Source: Bugula neritina (lineage: Eukaryota > Animalia > Bryozoa). From it: a DNA stretch of 64,000 bases. The DNA is taken from assembly GCA_964035545.1 (NCBI GenBank), contig CAXIUT010000097.1, positions 496,001-560,000 on the forward strand, in the 5' to 3' direction. Numbering within the stretch: the first letter of the stretch is position 1; each line of letters begins with the position of its first letter. The position numbers and the translations under genes are program-made. Positions 13,421-28,237 of the stretch are shown in pieces. Below the pieces are notes generated by a model. It saw only the letters and a list, made by a program, of their open reading frames with translations, was not told where the DNA came from and ran no database searches.

Positions 13421-16400
13421 AACATACTGAAATACACTGCAACATACTAAAACACACTGTAACATATTGGAATACACTGCAACACATTGAAATATACTGC
13501 AAAATACTGAAATACACTGCTACATACTGAAATATACTGCGACACACCGCAACATACCGCAACGTACTAAAATACACTGTAACATATTGAAATAGACTGC
13601 AACACATTGAAATATACTGCAAAATACTGAAATACACTGCTACATACTGAAATATACTGCAACACACTGCAACATACTGCAACATACTAAAATATACTGC
13701 AACATACTGAAATACACTGCAGAATACTGAAATACACTGTAACATACTGAAATATACTGCAAAATACTGAAATACACTGCTACATACTGAAATATACTGC
13801 AACACACTGCGACATACTGCCACATACTAAAATACACTGTAACATATTGAAATACACTGAAACACATTGAAATATACTGCAATGTACCGAAATATATGGT
13901 AAACTACTGAAATATACTGTCACACATTGAAAAACACTGCAACATACTGAAATATACTGCGACACATTGCAATATACTGTAACATACTGAAATATGCTGT
14001 ATCACACTGAAATACACTGCAACTCACTGAAATATACTGCAACATACTGAAATACACTGTAACATATTGAAATATACTGCAACATACTGAAATACAGTGC
14101 TACATACTGAAAAATACTGCAACATACTGCAACATAGTGAAATACACTGCAACATACTGCAAGATAGTGAAATACACTGTAACATACTGAAATACACCGC
14201 AAAATACTACAACATATTGAAATGCACTGTAACATATTGAAATACACTGCAACACATTGAAATATACTGCAACATACCGAATTATATGGTAATATACCAA
14301 AATATACTGTAACACATCGAAAAATACTGCAACATACTGAAATACACTGCAACACACCGAAAAACACTGAAAATACTGTAACACACTGAAATATACTGCA
14401 AAATACTGAAATATACTGCAAAATACTGAAATACACTGCTACATACTGAAATATATTGCAACACACCGCAACATACTGCAACATACTAAAGTATACTGCA
14501 ACATACTGAAAGACACTGCAAAATACTAAAATACACCATAACATACTGAAATATACTGCAACATACTGAAATACACTGCTATATACTGAAATACACTGCA
14601 ACACACTACAACATACTGCAACATGCTAAAAGCTGCAACTTACTGAAATACACTGCTACATACTGAAATATACTGCAACACACAGCAACATACTGCAACA
14701 TACTAAAATACACTGTAACATATTGGAATACACTGCAACACATTGAAATATACTGCAAAATACTGAAATACACTGCTACATACTGAAATATTTTGCAACA
14801 CACTGCAACATACTGCAAGATACTAAAGTATACTGCAACATACTGAAATACACCGCAGAATACTTAAATACACTGTAACATACTGAAATATAATGCAAAA
14901 TACTGAAATACATTGCTACATACTGAAATATACTGCAACACACTGCGACATACTGCAACATACTAAAATACACTGTAACATATTGAAATACACTGCAACA
15001 CATTGAAATGTACTGCAATGTACCGAAATATATGGTAAACTACTGAAATATACTGTCACACATTTAAAAATACTGCAACATACTGAAATATACTGCGACA
15101 CATTGCAATATACTGTAACGTACTGAAATATGCTGTAGCACATTGAAATACACTGCAACTCACTGAAATATACTGCAACATACTGAAATACACTGTAACA
15201 TATTGAAATATACTGCAACATACTGAAATACACTGTAACATACTGCAAGATAGTGAAATACACTGTAACATACTGAAATACACCGCAAAATACTACAACA
15301 TATTGAAATGCACTGTAACATATTGAAATACACTGCAACACATTGAAATATACTGCAACATACCTAATTATACGGTAATATACCAAAATATACTGTAACA
15401 CATCGAAAAATACTGCAACATACTGAAATACACTGCAACACACCGAAAAACTTTGAAAATACTGTAACACACTGAAATATACTGCAAAATACTGAAATAT
15501 ACTGCAAAATACTGAAATACACTGCTACATACTGAAATATACTGCAACACACCGCAACATACTGCAACATACTAAAGTATACTGCAACATACTGAAATAC
15601 ACTGCAACATACTAAAACACACTGTAACATATTGGAATACACTGCAACACATTGAAATATACTGCAAAATACTGAAATACACTGCTACATACTGAAATAT
15701 ACTGCGACACACCGCAACATACCGCAACGTACTAAAATACACTGTAACATATTGAAATAGACTGCAACACATTGAAATATACTGCAAAATACTGAAATAC
15801 ACTGCTACATACTGAAATATACTGCAACACACTGCAACATACTGCAACATACTAAAATATACTGCAACATACTGAAATACACTGCAGAATACTGAAATAC
15901 ACTGTAACATACTGAAATATACTGCAAAATACTGAAATACACTGCTACATACTGAAATATACTGCAACACACTGCGACATACTGCCACATACTAAAATAC
16001 ACTGTAACATATTGAAATACACTGCAACACATTGAAATATACTGCAATGTACCGAAATATATGGTAAACTACTGAATTATACTGTCACACATTGAAAAAC
16101 ACTGCAACATACTGAAATATACTGCGACACATTGCAATATACTGTAACATACTGAAATATGCTGTATCACACTGAAATACACTGCAACTCACTGAAATAT
16201 ACTGCAACATACTGAAATACACTGTAACATATTGAAATATACTGCAACATACTGAAATACAGTGCTACATACTGAAAAATACTGCAACATACTGCAACAT
16301 AGTGAAATACACTGCAACATACTGCAAGATAGTGAAATACACTGTAACATACTGAAATACACCGCAAAATACTACAACATATTGAAATGCACTGTAACAT

Positions 16401-17410
16401 ATTGAAATACACTGCAACACATTGAAATATACTGCAACATACCTAATTATATGGTAATATACCAAAATATACTGTAACACATCGAAAAATACTTCAACAT
16501 ACTGAAATACACTGCAACACACCGAAAAACACTGAAAATACTGTAACACACTGAAATATACTGCAAAATACTGAAATATACTGCAAAATACTGAAATACA
16601 CTGCTACATACTGAAATATATTGCAACACACCGCAACATACTGCAACATACTAAAGTATACTGCAACATACTGAAAGACACTGCAAAATACTAAAATACA
16701 CCATAACATACTGAAATATACTGCAACATACTGAAATACACTGCTATATACTGAAATACACTGCAACACACTACAACATACTGCAACATGCTAAAAGCTG
16801 CAACTTACTGAAATACACTGCTACATACTGAAATATACTGCAACACACAGCAACATACTGCAACATACTAAAATACACTGTAACATATTGGAATACACTG
16901 CAACACATTGAAATATACTGCAAAATACTGAAATACACTGCTACATACTGAAATATTTTGCAACACACTGCAACATACTGCAAGATACTAAAGTATACTG
17001 CAACATACTGAAATACACTGCAGAATACTTAAATACACTGTAACATACTGAAATATAATGCAAAATACTGAAATACATTGCTACATACTGAAATATACTG
17101 CAACACACTGCGACATACTGCAACATACTAAAATACACTGTAACATATTGAAATACACTGCAACACATTGAAATGTACTGTAATGTACCGAAATATATGG
17201 TAAACTACTGAAATATACTGTCACACATTTAAAAATACTGCAACATACTGAAATATACTGCGACACATTGCAATATACTGTAACGTACTGAAATATGCTG
17301 TAGCACATTGAAATACACTGCAACTCACTGAAATATACTGCAACATACTGAAATACACTGTAACATATTGAAATATACTGCAACATACTGAAATACACTG
17401 TAACATACTG
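13072..17410 (+). repeat. Tandem duplication with a 2165-bp period, junction at about 15237-15245
   Basis: ORF offsets 13199/15364, 13407/15572, 14002/16167, 14606/16771 and 14916/17081 = 2165. Flanking mismatches at 13071/15236 and 15246/17411. Confidence 0.88.
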
Positions 17411-20240
17411 AAAAACACTGCAACATACTACAACATATTGAAATACACTGCAACACATTGAAATATACTGCAAAATACCTAAATATACGGTGATATACCA
17501 AAATAAACTGTAACACATTTAAAAATACTGCAACATACTGAAATACACTGCAACACTCTGAAATACACTGCAAAATACTGTAACACACTGAAATATACTG
17601 CAACACACTGCAACATACTGCAACATACTAGAATACACTGTAACATATTGAAATATACTGCAACACATTGAAATATACTGCAAAATACTGAAATACACTG
17701 CTACATACCGAAATATACTGCGACACACCGCAACATACCGCAACGTACTAAAATACACTGTAACATATTGAAATAGACTGCAACACATTGAAATATACTG
17801 CAAAATACTGAAATACACTGCTACATACTGAAATACACTGCAACACACTGCAACATACTGCAACATACTAAAATATACTGCAACATACTGAAATACACTG
17901 CAGAATACTGAAATACACTGTAACATACTGAAATATACTGCAAAATACTGAAATACACTGCTACATACTGAAATATACTGCAACACACTGCGACATACTG
18001 CAACATACTAAAATACACTGTAACATATTGAAATACACTGCAACACATTGAAATATACTGCAATGTACCGAAATATATGGTAAACTACTGAAATATACTG
18101 TCACACATTGAAAAACACTGCAACATACTGAAATATACTGCGACACATTGCAATATACTGTAACATACTGAAATATGCTGTATCACACTGAAATACACTG
18201 CAACTCACTGAAATATACTGCAACATACTGAAATACACTGTAACATATTGAAATATACTGCAACATACTGAAATACAGTGCTACATACTGAAATATACTG
18301 CAACATACTGCAACATAGTGAAATACACTGCAACATACTGCAAGATAGTGAAATACACTGTAACATACTGAAATACACCGCAAAATACTACAACATATTG
18401 AAATGCACTGTAACATATTGAAATACACTGCAACACATTGAAATATACTGCAACATACCTAATTATACGGTAATATACCAAAATATACTGTAACACATCG
18501 AAAAATACTGCAACATACTGAAATACACTGCAACACACCGAAAAACACTGAAAATACTGTAACACACTGAAATATACTGCAAAATACTGAAATATACTGC
18601 AAAATACTGAAATACACTGCTACATACTGAAATATACTGCAACACACCGCAACATACTGCAACATACTAAAGTATACTGCAACATACTGAAATACACTGC
18701 AAAATACTAAAATACACTATAACATACTGAAATATACTGCAACATACTGAAATACACTGCTATATACTGAAATACACTGCAACACACTACAACATACTGC
18801 AACATGCTAAAAGCTGCAACTTACTGAAATACACTGCTACATACTGAAATATACTGCAACACACTGCGACATACTGCAACATACTAAAATACACTGTAAC
18901 ATATTGAAATACACTGCAACACATTGAAATATACTGCAATGTACCGAAATATATGGTAAACTACTGAAATATACTGTCACACATTTAAGAATACTGCAAC
19001 ATACTGAAATATACAGCGACACATTGCAATATACTGTAACGTACTGAAATATGCTGTAGCACATTGAAATACACTGCAACTCACTGAAATATACTGCAAC
19101 ATACTGAAATACACTGTAACATATTGAAATATACTGCAACATACTGAAATACACTGTAACATACTGAAAAACACTGCAACATACTACAACATATTGAAAT
19201 ACACTGCAACACATTGAAATATACTGCAAAATACCTAAATATACGGTGATATACCAAAATAAACTGTAACACATTTAAAAATACTGCAACACACTGAAAT
19301 ACACTGCAACACTCTGAAATACACTGCAAAATACTGTAACACACTGAAATATACTGCAACACACTGCAACATACTGCAACATACTAGAATACACTGTAAC
19401 ATATTGAAATATACTGCAACATACTGAAATACACTGCTATATACTGAAATATACTGCAACACACTACAATATACTGCAACATGCTAAAATATACTGCAAC
19501 ATACTGAAATACCCTGCAAAATACTGAAATACACTGTAACATACTGAAGTATACTGCAACATACTGAAATACACTGCTACATACTGAAATATACTGCAAC
19601 ACACTGCGACATACTGCAACATACTAAAATACACTGTAACATATTGAAATACACTGCAACACATTCAAATATACTGCAATGTACCGAAATATATGGTAAA
19701 CTACTGAAATATACTGTCACACATTGAAAAACACTGCAAAATACTGAAATATACTGCGACACATTGCAATATACTGTAACATACTGAAATATGCTGTATC
19801 ACACTGAAATACACTGCAACTCACTGAAATATACTGCAACATACTGAAAAACACTGTAACATATTGAAATATACTGCAACATATTGAAATACAGTGCTAC
19901 ATACTGAAATATACTGCAACATACTGCAACATAGTGAAATACACTGCAACATACTGCAAGATAGTGAAACACACTGTAACATACTGAAATACACCGCAAA
20001 ATACTACAACATATTGAAATGCACTGTAACATATTGAGATACACTGCAACAGATTGAAATATACTGCAACATACCTAATTATACGGTAATATACCAAAAT
20101 ATACTGTAACACATCGAAAAATACTGCAACATACTGAAATACACTGCAACACACCGAAAAACACTGAAAATACTGTAACACACTGAAATATACTGCAAAA
20201 TACTGAAATATACTGCAAAATACTGAAATACACTGCTACA
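16752..20240 (+). repeat. Near-identical copy of bases 1 to about 3490 at offset 16751
   Basis: ORF offsets 20/16771, 190/16941, 2086/18837 and 3146/19897 = 16751. Shares rare variants actgtaatgtacc (426/17177), catttaagaat (2231/18982) and aacagattg (3297/20048). Confidence 0.9.
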
Positions 20241-20251
20241 TACTAAAATAC

Positions 20252-23157
20252 ACTGCAACATACTGAAATACACTGCTACATACTGAAATTTACTGCGACA
20301 CACAGCAACATACTGCAACATACTAAAATGCACTGTAACATATTGGAATACACTGCAACACATTGAAATATACTGCAAAATACTGAAATACACTGCTACA
20401 TACTGAAATTTACTGCGACACACTGCAACATACTGCAACATACTAAAATGCACTGTAACATAGTGAAATAGACTGCAACACATTGAAATATACTGCAAAA
20501 TACTGAAATACACTGCTATATACTGAAATACACTGCAACACACTACAACATACTGCAACATGCTGAAATATACTGCAACATACTGAAATACACTGCAAAA
20601 TACTGAAATACACTGTAACATACTGAAGTATACTGCAACACACTGAAATACACTGCTACATACTGAATGATACTGCAACACACAGCAACATACTGCAACA
20701 TACTAAAACACACTGTAACATATTGGAATACACTGCAACACATTGAAATATACTGCAAAATACTGAAATACACTGCTACATACTGAAATATACTGCGACA
20801 CACCGCAACATACCGCAACGTACTAAAATACACTGTAACATATTGAAATAGACTGCAACACATTGAAATATACTGCAAAATACTGAAATACACTGCTACA
20901 TACTGAAATATACTGCAACACACTGCAACATACTGCAACATACTGAAATATACTGCAACATACTGAAATACACTGCAGAATACTGAAATACACTGTAACA
21001 TACTGAAATATACTGCAAAATACTGAAATACACTGCTACATACTGAAATATACTGCAACACACTGCGACATACTGCCACATACTAAAATACACTGTAACA
21101 TATTGAAATACACTGCAACACATTGAAATATACTGCAATGTACCGAAATATATGGTAAACTACTGAAATATACTGTCACACATTGAAAAACACTGCAACA
21201 TACTGAAATATACTGCGACACATTGCAATATACTGTAACATACTGAAATATGCTGTATCACACTGAAATACACTGCAACTCACTGAAATATACTGCAACA
21301 TACTGAAATACACTGTAACATATTGAAATATACTGCAACATACTGAAATACAGTGCTACATACTGAAAAATACTGCAACATACTGCAACATAGTGAAATA
21401 CACTGCAACATACTGCAAGATAGTGAAATACACTGTAACATACTGAAATACACCGCAAAATACTACAACATATTGAAATGCACTGTAACATATTGAAATA
21501 CACTGCAACACATTGAAATATACTGCAACATACCTAATTATACGGTAATATACCAAAATATACTGTAACACATCGAAAAATACTGCAACATACTGAAATA
21601 CACTGCAACACACCGAAAAACACTGAAAATACTGTAACACACTGAAATATACTGCAAAATACTGAAATATACTGCAAAATACTGAAATACACTGCTACAT
21701 ACTGAAATATATTGCAACACACCGCAACATACTGCAACATACTAAAGTATACTGCAACATACTGAAAGACACTGCAAAATACTAAAATACACTATAACAT
21801 ACTGAAATATACTGCAACATACTGAAATACACTGCTATATACTGAAATACACTGCAACACACTACAACATACTGCAACATGCTAAAAGCTGCAACTTACT
21901 GAAATACACTGCTACATACTGAAATATACTGCAACACGCAGCAACATACTGCAACATACTAAAATACACTGTAACATATTGGAATACACTGCAACACATT
22001 GAAATATACTGCAAAATACTGAAATACACTGCTACATACTGAAATATTTTGCAACACACTGCAACATACTGCAACATACTAAAGTATACTGCAACATACT
22101 GAAATACACTGCAGAATAGTGAAATACACTGTAACATACTGAAATATAATGCAAAATACTGAAATACATTGCTACATACTGAAATATACTGCAACACACT
22201 GCGACATACTGCAACATACTAAAATACACTGTAACATATTGAAATACACTGCAACACATTGAAATATACTGCAATGTACCGAAATATATGGTAAACTACT
22301 GAAATATACTGTCACACATTTAAAAATACTGCAACATACTGAAATATACTGCGACACATTGCAATATACTGTAACGTACTGAAATATGCTGTAGCACATT
22401 GAAATACACTGCAACTCACTGAAATATACTGTAACATACTGAAATACACTGTAACATATTGAAATATACTGCAACATACTGAAATACACTGTAACATACT
22501 GAAAAACACTGCAACATACTACAACATATTGAAATACACTGCAACACATTGAAATATACTGCAAAATACCTAAATATACGGTGATATACCAAAATAAACT
22601 GTAACACATTTAAAAATACTGCAACATACTGAAATACACTGCAACACTCTGAAATACACTGCAAAATACTGTAACACACTGAAATGTACTGCAACACACT
22701 GCAACATACTGCAACATACTAGAATACACTGTAACATATTGAAATATACTGCAACACATTGAAATATACTGCAAAATACTGAAATACACTGCTACATACT
22801 GAAATATACTGCGACACTCCGCAACATACCGCAACGTACTAAAATACACTGTAACATATTGAAATAGACTGCAACACATTGAAATATACTGCAAAATACT
22901 GAAATACACTGCTACATACTGAAATATACTGCAACACACTGCAACATACTGCAACATACTAAAATATACTGCAACATACTGAAATACACCGCAGAATACT
23001 GAAATACACTGTAACATACTGAAATATACTGCAAAATACTGAAATACACTGCTACATACTGAAATATACTGCAACACACTGCGACATACTGCAACTTACT
23101 AAAATACACTGTAACATATTGAAATACACTGCAACACATTGAAATATACTGCAATGT
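20252..23157 (+). repeat. Copy of about 8285-11190 at offset 11967
   Basis: ORF offsets 8476/20443, 8576/20543, 9571/21538, 10205/22172 and 10945/22912 = 11967. Shared rare gaatgatactg (8698/20665). Confidence 0.87.
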
Positions 23158-26100
23158 ACTGAATTACACTGTAACATACTACAACATATTGAAATACACT
23201 GCAACACATTGAAATATACTGCAACATACCTAAATATACGGTGATATACCAAAATAAACTGTAACACACTACAACATACTGCAACATGCTAAAATATACT
23301 GCAACATACTGAAATACACTGCAAAATACTAAAATACACTATAACATACTGAAATATACTGCAACATACTGAAATACACTGCTATATACTGAAATACACT
23401 GCAACACACTACAACATACTGCAACATGCTAAAAGCTGCCACTTACTGAAATACACTGCTACATACTGAAATATACTGCAACACACAGCAACATACTGCA
23501 ACATACTAAAATACACTGTAACATATTGGAATACACTGCAACACATTGAAATATACTGCAAAATACTGAAATACACTGCTACATACTGAAATATTTTGCA
23601 ACACACTGCAACATACTGCAACATACTAAAGTATACTGCAACATACTGAAATAAACTGCAACATACTGAAATACACTGTAACATATTGAAATATACTGCA
23701 ACATACTGAAATACACTGTAACATACTGAAAAACACTGCAACATACTACAACATACCTAAATATACGGTGATATACCAAAATAAACTGTAACACATTTAA
23801 AAATACTGCAACATACTGAAATACACTGCAACACTCTGAAATACACTGCAAAATACTGTAACACACTGAAATATACTGCAACACACTGCAACATACTGCA
23901 ACATACTAGAATACACTGTAACATATTGAAATATACTGCAACATACTGAAATACACTGCTATATACTGAAATATACTGCAACACACTACAATATACTGCA
24001 ACATGCTATAATATACTGCAACATACTGAAATACCCTGCAAAATACTGAAATACACTGTAACATACTGAAGTATACTGCAACATACTGAAATACACTGCT
24101 ACATACTGAAATATACTGCAACACACAGCAACATACTGCAACATACTAAAATACACTGTAACATATTGGAATACACTGCAACACACTGAAATATACTGCA
24201 AAATACTGAAATACACTGCTACATACTGAAATTTACTGCGACACACTGCAACATACTGCAACATACTAAAATGCACTGTAACATAGTGAAATAGACTGCA
24301 ACACATTGAAATATACTGCAAAATACTGAAATACACTGCTATATACTGAAATACACTGCAACACACTACAACATACTGCAACATGCTAAAATATACTGCA
24401 ACGTACTGAAATACACTGCAAAATACTGAAATACACTGTAACATACTGAAGTATACTGCAACATACTGAAATACACTGCTACATACTGAAATATACTGCA
24501 ACACACAGCAACATACTGCAACATACTAAAATACACTGTAACATATTGGAATACACTGCAACACATTGAAATATACTGCAAAATACTGAAACACACTGCT
24601 ACATACTGAAATATACTGCGACACACCGCAACATACCGCAACGTACTAAAATACACTGTAACATATTGAAATAGACTGCAACACATTGAAATATACTGCA
24701 ATGTACCGAAATATATGGTAAACTACTGAAATATACTGTCAAACATTGAAAAACACTGCAACATACTGAAATATACTGCGACACATTGCAATATACTGTA
24801 ACATACTGAAATATGCTGTATCACACTGAAATACACTGCAACTCACTGAAATATACTGCAACATACTGAAATACACTGTAACATTTTGAAATATACTGCA
24901 ACATACTGAAATACAGTGCTACATACTGAAATATACTGCAACATACTGCAACATAGTGAAATACACTGCAACATACTGCAAGATAGTGAAATACACTGTA
25001 ACATACTGAAATACACCGCAAAATACTACAACATATTGAAATGCACTGTAACATATTGAAATACACTGCAACACATTGAAATATACTGCAACATACCTAA
25101 TTATACGGTAATATACCAAAATATACTGTAACACATCAAAAAATACTGCAACATACTGAAATACACTGCAACACACCGAAAAACACTGAAAATACTGTAA
25201 CACGCTGAAATATACTGCAAAATACTGAAATATACTGCAAAATACTGAAATACACTGCTACATACTGAAATATACTGCAACACACCGCAACATACTGCAA
25301 CATACTAAAGTATACTGCAACATACTGAAATACACTGCAAAATACTAAAATACACTATAACATACTGAAATATACTGCAACATACTGAAATACACTGCTA
25401 TATACTGAAATACACTGCAACACACTACAACATACTGCAACATGCTAAAAGCTGCAACTTACTGAAATACACTGCTACATACTGAAATATACTGCAACAC
25501 ACAGCAACATACTGCAACATACTAAAATACACTGTAACATATTGGAATACACTGCAACACATTGAAATATACTGCAAATACTGAAATACACTGCTACATA
25601 CTGAAATATTTTGCAACACACTGCAACATACTGCAACATACTAAAGTATACTGCAACATACTGAAATACACTGCAGAATACTGAAATACACTGTAACATA
25701 CTGAAATATAATGCAAAATACTGAAATACATTGCTACATACTGAAATATACTGCAACACACTGCGACATACTGCAACATACTAAAATACACTGTAACATA
25801 TTGAAATACACTGCAACACATTGAAATATACTGCAATGTACCGAAATATATGGTAAACTACTGAAATATACTGTCACACATTCAAAAATACTGCAACATA
25901 CTGAAATATACTGCGACACATTGCAATATACTGTAACGTACTGAAATATGCTGTAGCACATTGAAATACACTGCAACTCACTGAAATATACTGCAACATA
26001 CTGAAATACACTGTAACATATTGAAATATACTGCAACATACTGAAATACACTGTAACATACTGAAAAACACTGCAACATACTACAACATATTGGAATACA

Positions 26101-26299
26101 CTGCAACACATTGAAATATACTGCAAAATACCTAAATATACGGTGATATACCAAAATAAACTGTAACACATTTAAAAATACTGCAACACACTGAAATACA
26201 CTGCAACACTCTGAAATACACTGCAAAATACTGTAACACACTGAAATATACTGCAACACACTGCAACATACTGCAACATACTAGAATACACTGTAACAT

Positions 26300-27530
26300 A
26301 TTGAAATATACTGCAAAATACTGAAATACACTGCTACATACTGAAATATTTTGCAACACACTGCAACATACTGCAACATACTAAAGTATACTGCAACATA
26401 CTGAAATACACTGCAGAATACTGAAATACACTGTAACATACTGAAATATAATGCAAAATACTGAAATACATTGCTACATACTGAAATATACTGCAACACA
26501 CTGCGACATACTGCAACATACTAAAATACACTGTAACATATTGAAATACACTGCAACACATTGAAATATACTGCAATGTACCGAAATATATGGTAAACTA
26601 CTGAAATATACTGTCACACATTTAAAAATACTGCAACATACTGAAATATACTGCGACACATTGCAATATACTGTAACGTACTGAAATATGCTGTAGCACA
26701 TTGAAATACACTGCAACTCACTGAAATATACTGTAACATACTGAAATACACTGTAACATATTGAAATATACTGCAACATACTGAAATACACTGTAACATA
26801 CTGAAAAACACTGCAACATACTACAACATATTGAAATACACTGCAACACATTGAAATATACTGCAAAATACCTAAATATACGGTGATATACCAAAATAAA
26901 CTGTAACACATTTAAAAATACTGCAACATACTGAAATACACTGCAACACTCTGAAATACACTGCAAAATACTGTAACACACTGAAATGTACTGCAACACA
27001 CTGCAACATACTGCAACATACTAGAATACACTGTAACATATTGAAATATACTGCAACACATTGAAATATACTGCAAAATACTGAAATACACTGCTACATA
27101 CTGAAATATACTGCGACACTCCGCAACATACCGCAACGTACTAAAATACACTGTAACATATTGAAATAGACTGCAACACATTGAAATATACTGCAAAATA
27201 CTGAAATACACTGCTACATACTGAAATATACTGCAACACACTGCAACATACTGCAACATACTAAAATATACTGCAACATACTGAAATACACCGCAGAATA
27301 CTGAAATACACTGTAACATACTGAAATATACTGCAAAATACTGAAATACACTGCTACATACTGAAATATACTGCAACACACTGCGACATACTGCAACATA
27401 CTAAAATACACTGTAACATATTGAAATACACTGCAACACATTGAAATATACTGCAATGTACTGAAATACACTGTAACATACTACAACATATTGAAATACA
27501 CTGCAACACATTGAAATATGCTGCAACATA
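26300..27530 (+). repeat. Copy of about 22000-23225 at offset 4302
   Basis: ORF offsets 22032/26334, 22172/26474, 22610/26912 and 22912/27214. Shared private gcgacactccgc (22811/27113) and gcaatgtactgaa (23151/27453). Confidence 0.85.
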
Positions 27531-28237
27531 CCTAAATATACGGTGATATACCAAAATAAACTGTAACACATTTAAAAATACTGCAACATACTGAAATACA
27601 CTGCAACACTCTGAAATACACTGCAAAATACTGTAACACACTGAAATATACTGCAACACACTGCAACATACTGCAACATACTAGAATACACTGTAACATA
27701 TTGAAATATACTGCAACATACTGAAATACACTGCTATATACTGAAATATACTGCAACACACTACAATATACTGCAACATGCTATAATATACTGCAACATA
27801 CTGAAATACCCTGCAAAATACTGAAATACACTGTAACATACTGAAGTATACTGCAACATACTGAAATACACTGCTACATACTGAAATATACTGCAACACA
27901 CAGCAACATACTGCAACATACTAAAATACACTGTAACATATTGGAATACACTGCAACACACTGAAATATACTGCAAAATACTGAAATACACTGCTACATA
28001 CTGAAATTTACTGCGACACACTGCAACATACTGCAACATACTAAAATGCACTGTAACATAGTGAAATAGACTGCAACACATTGAAATATACTGCAAAATA
28101 CTGAAATACACTGCTATATACTGAAATACACTGCAACACACTACAACATACTGCAACATGCTAAAATATACTGCAACGTACTGAAATACACTGCAAAATA
28201 CTGAAATACACTGTAACATACTGAAGTATACTGCAAC

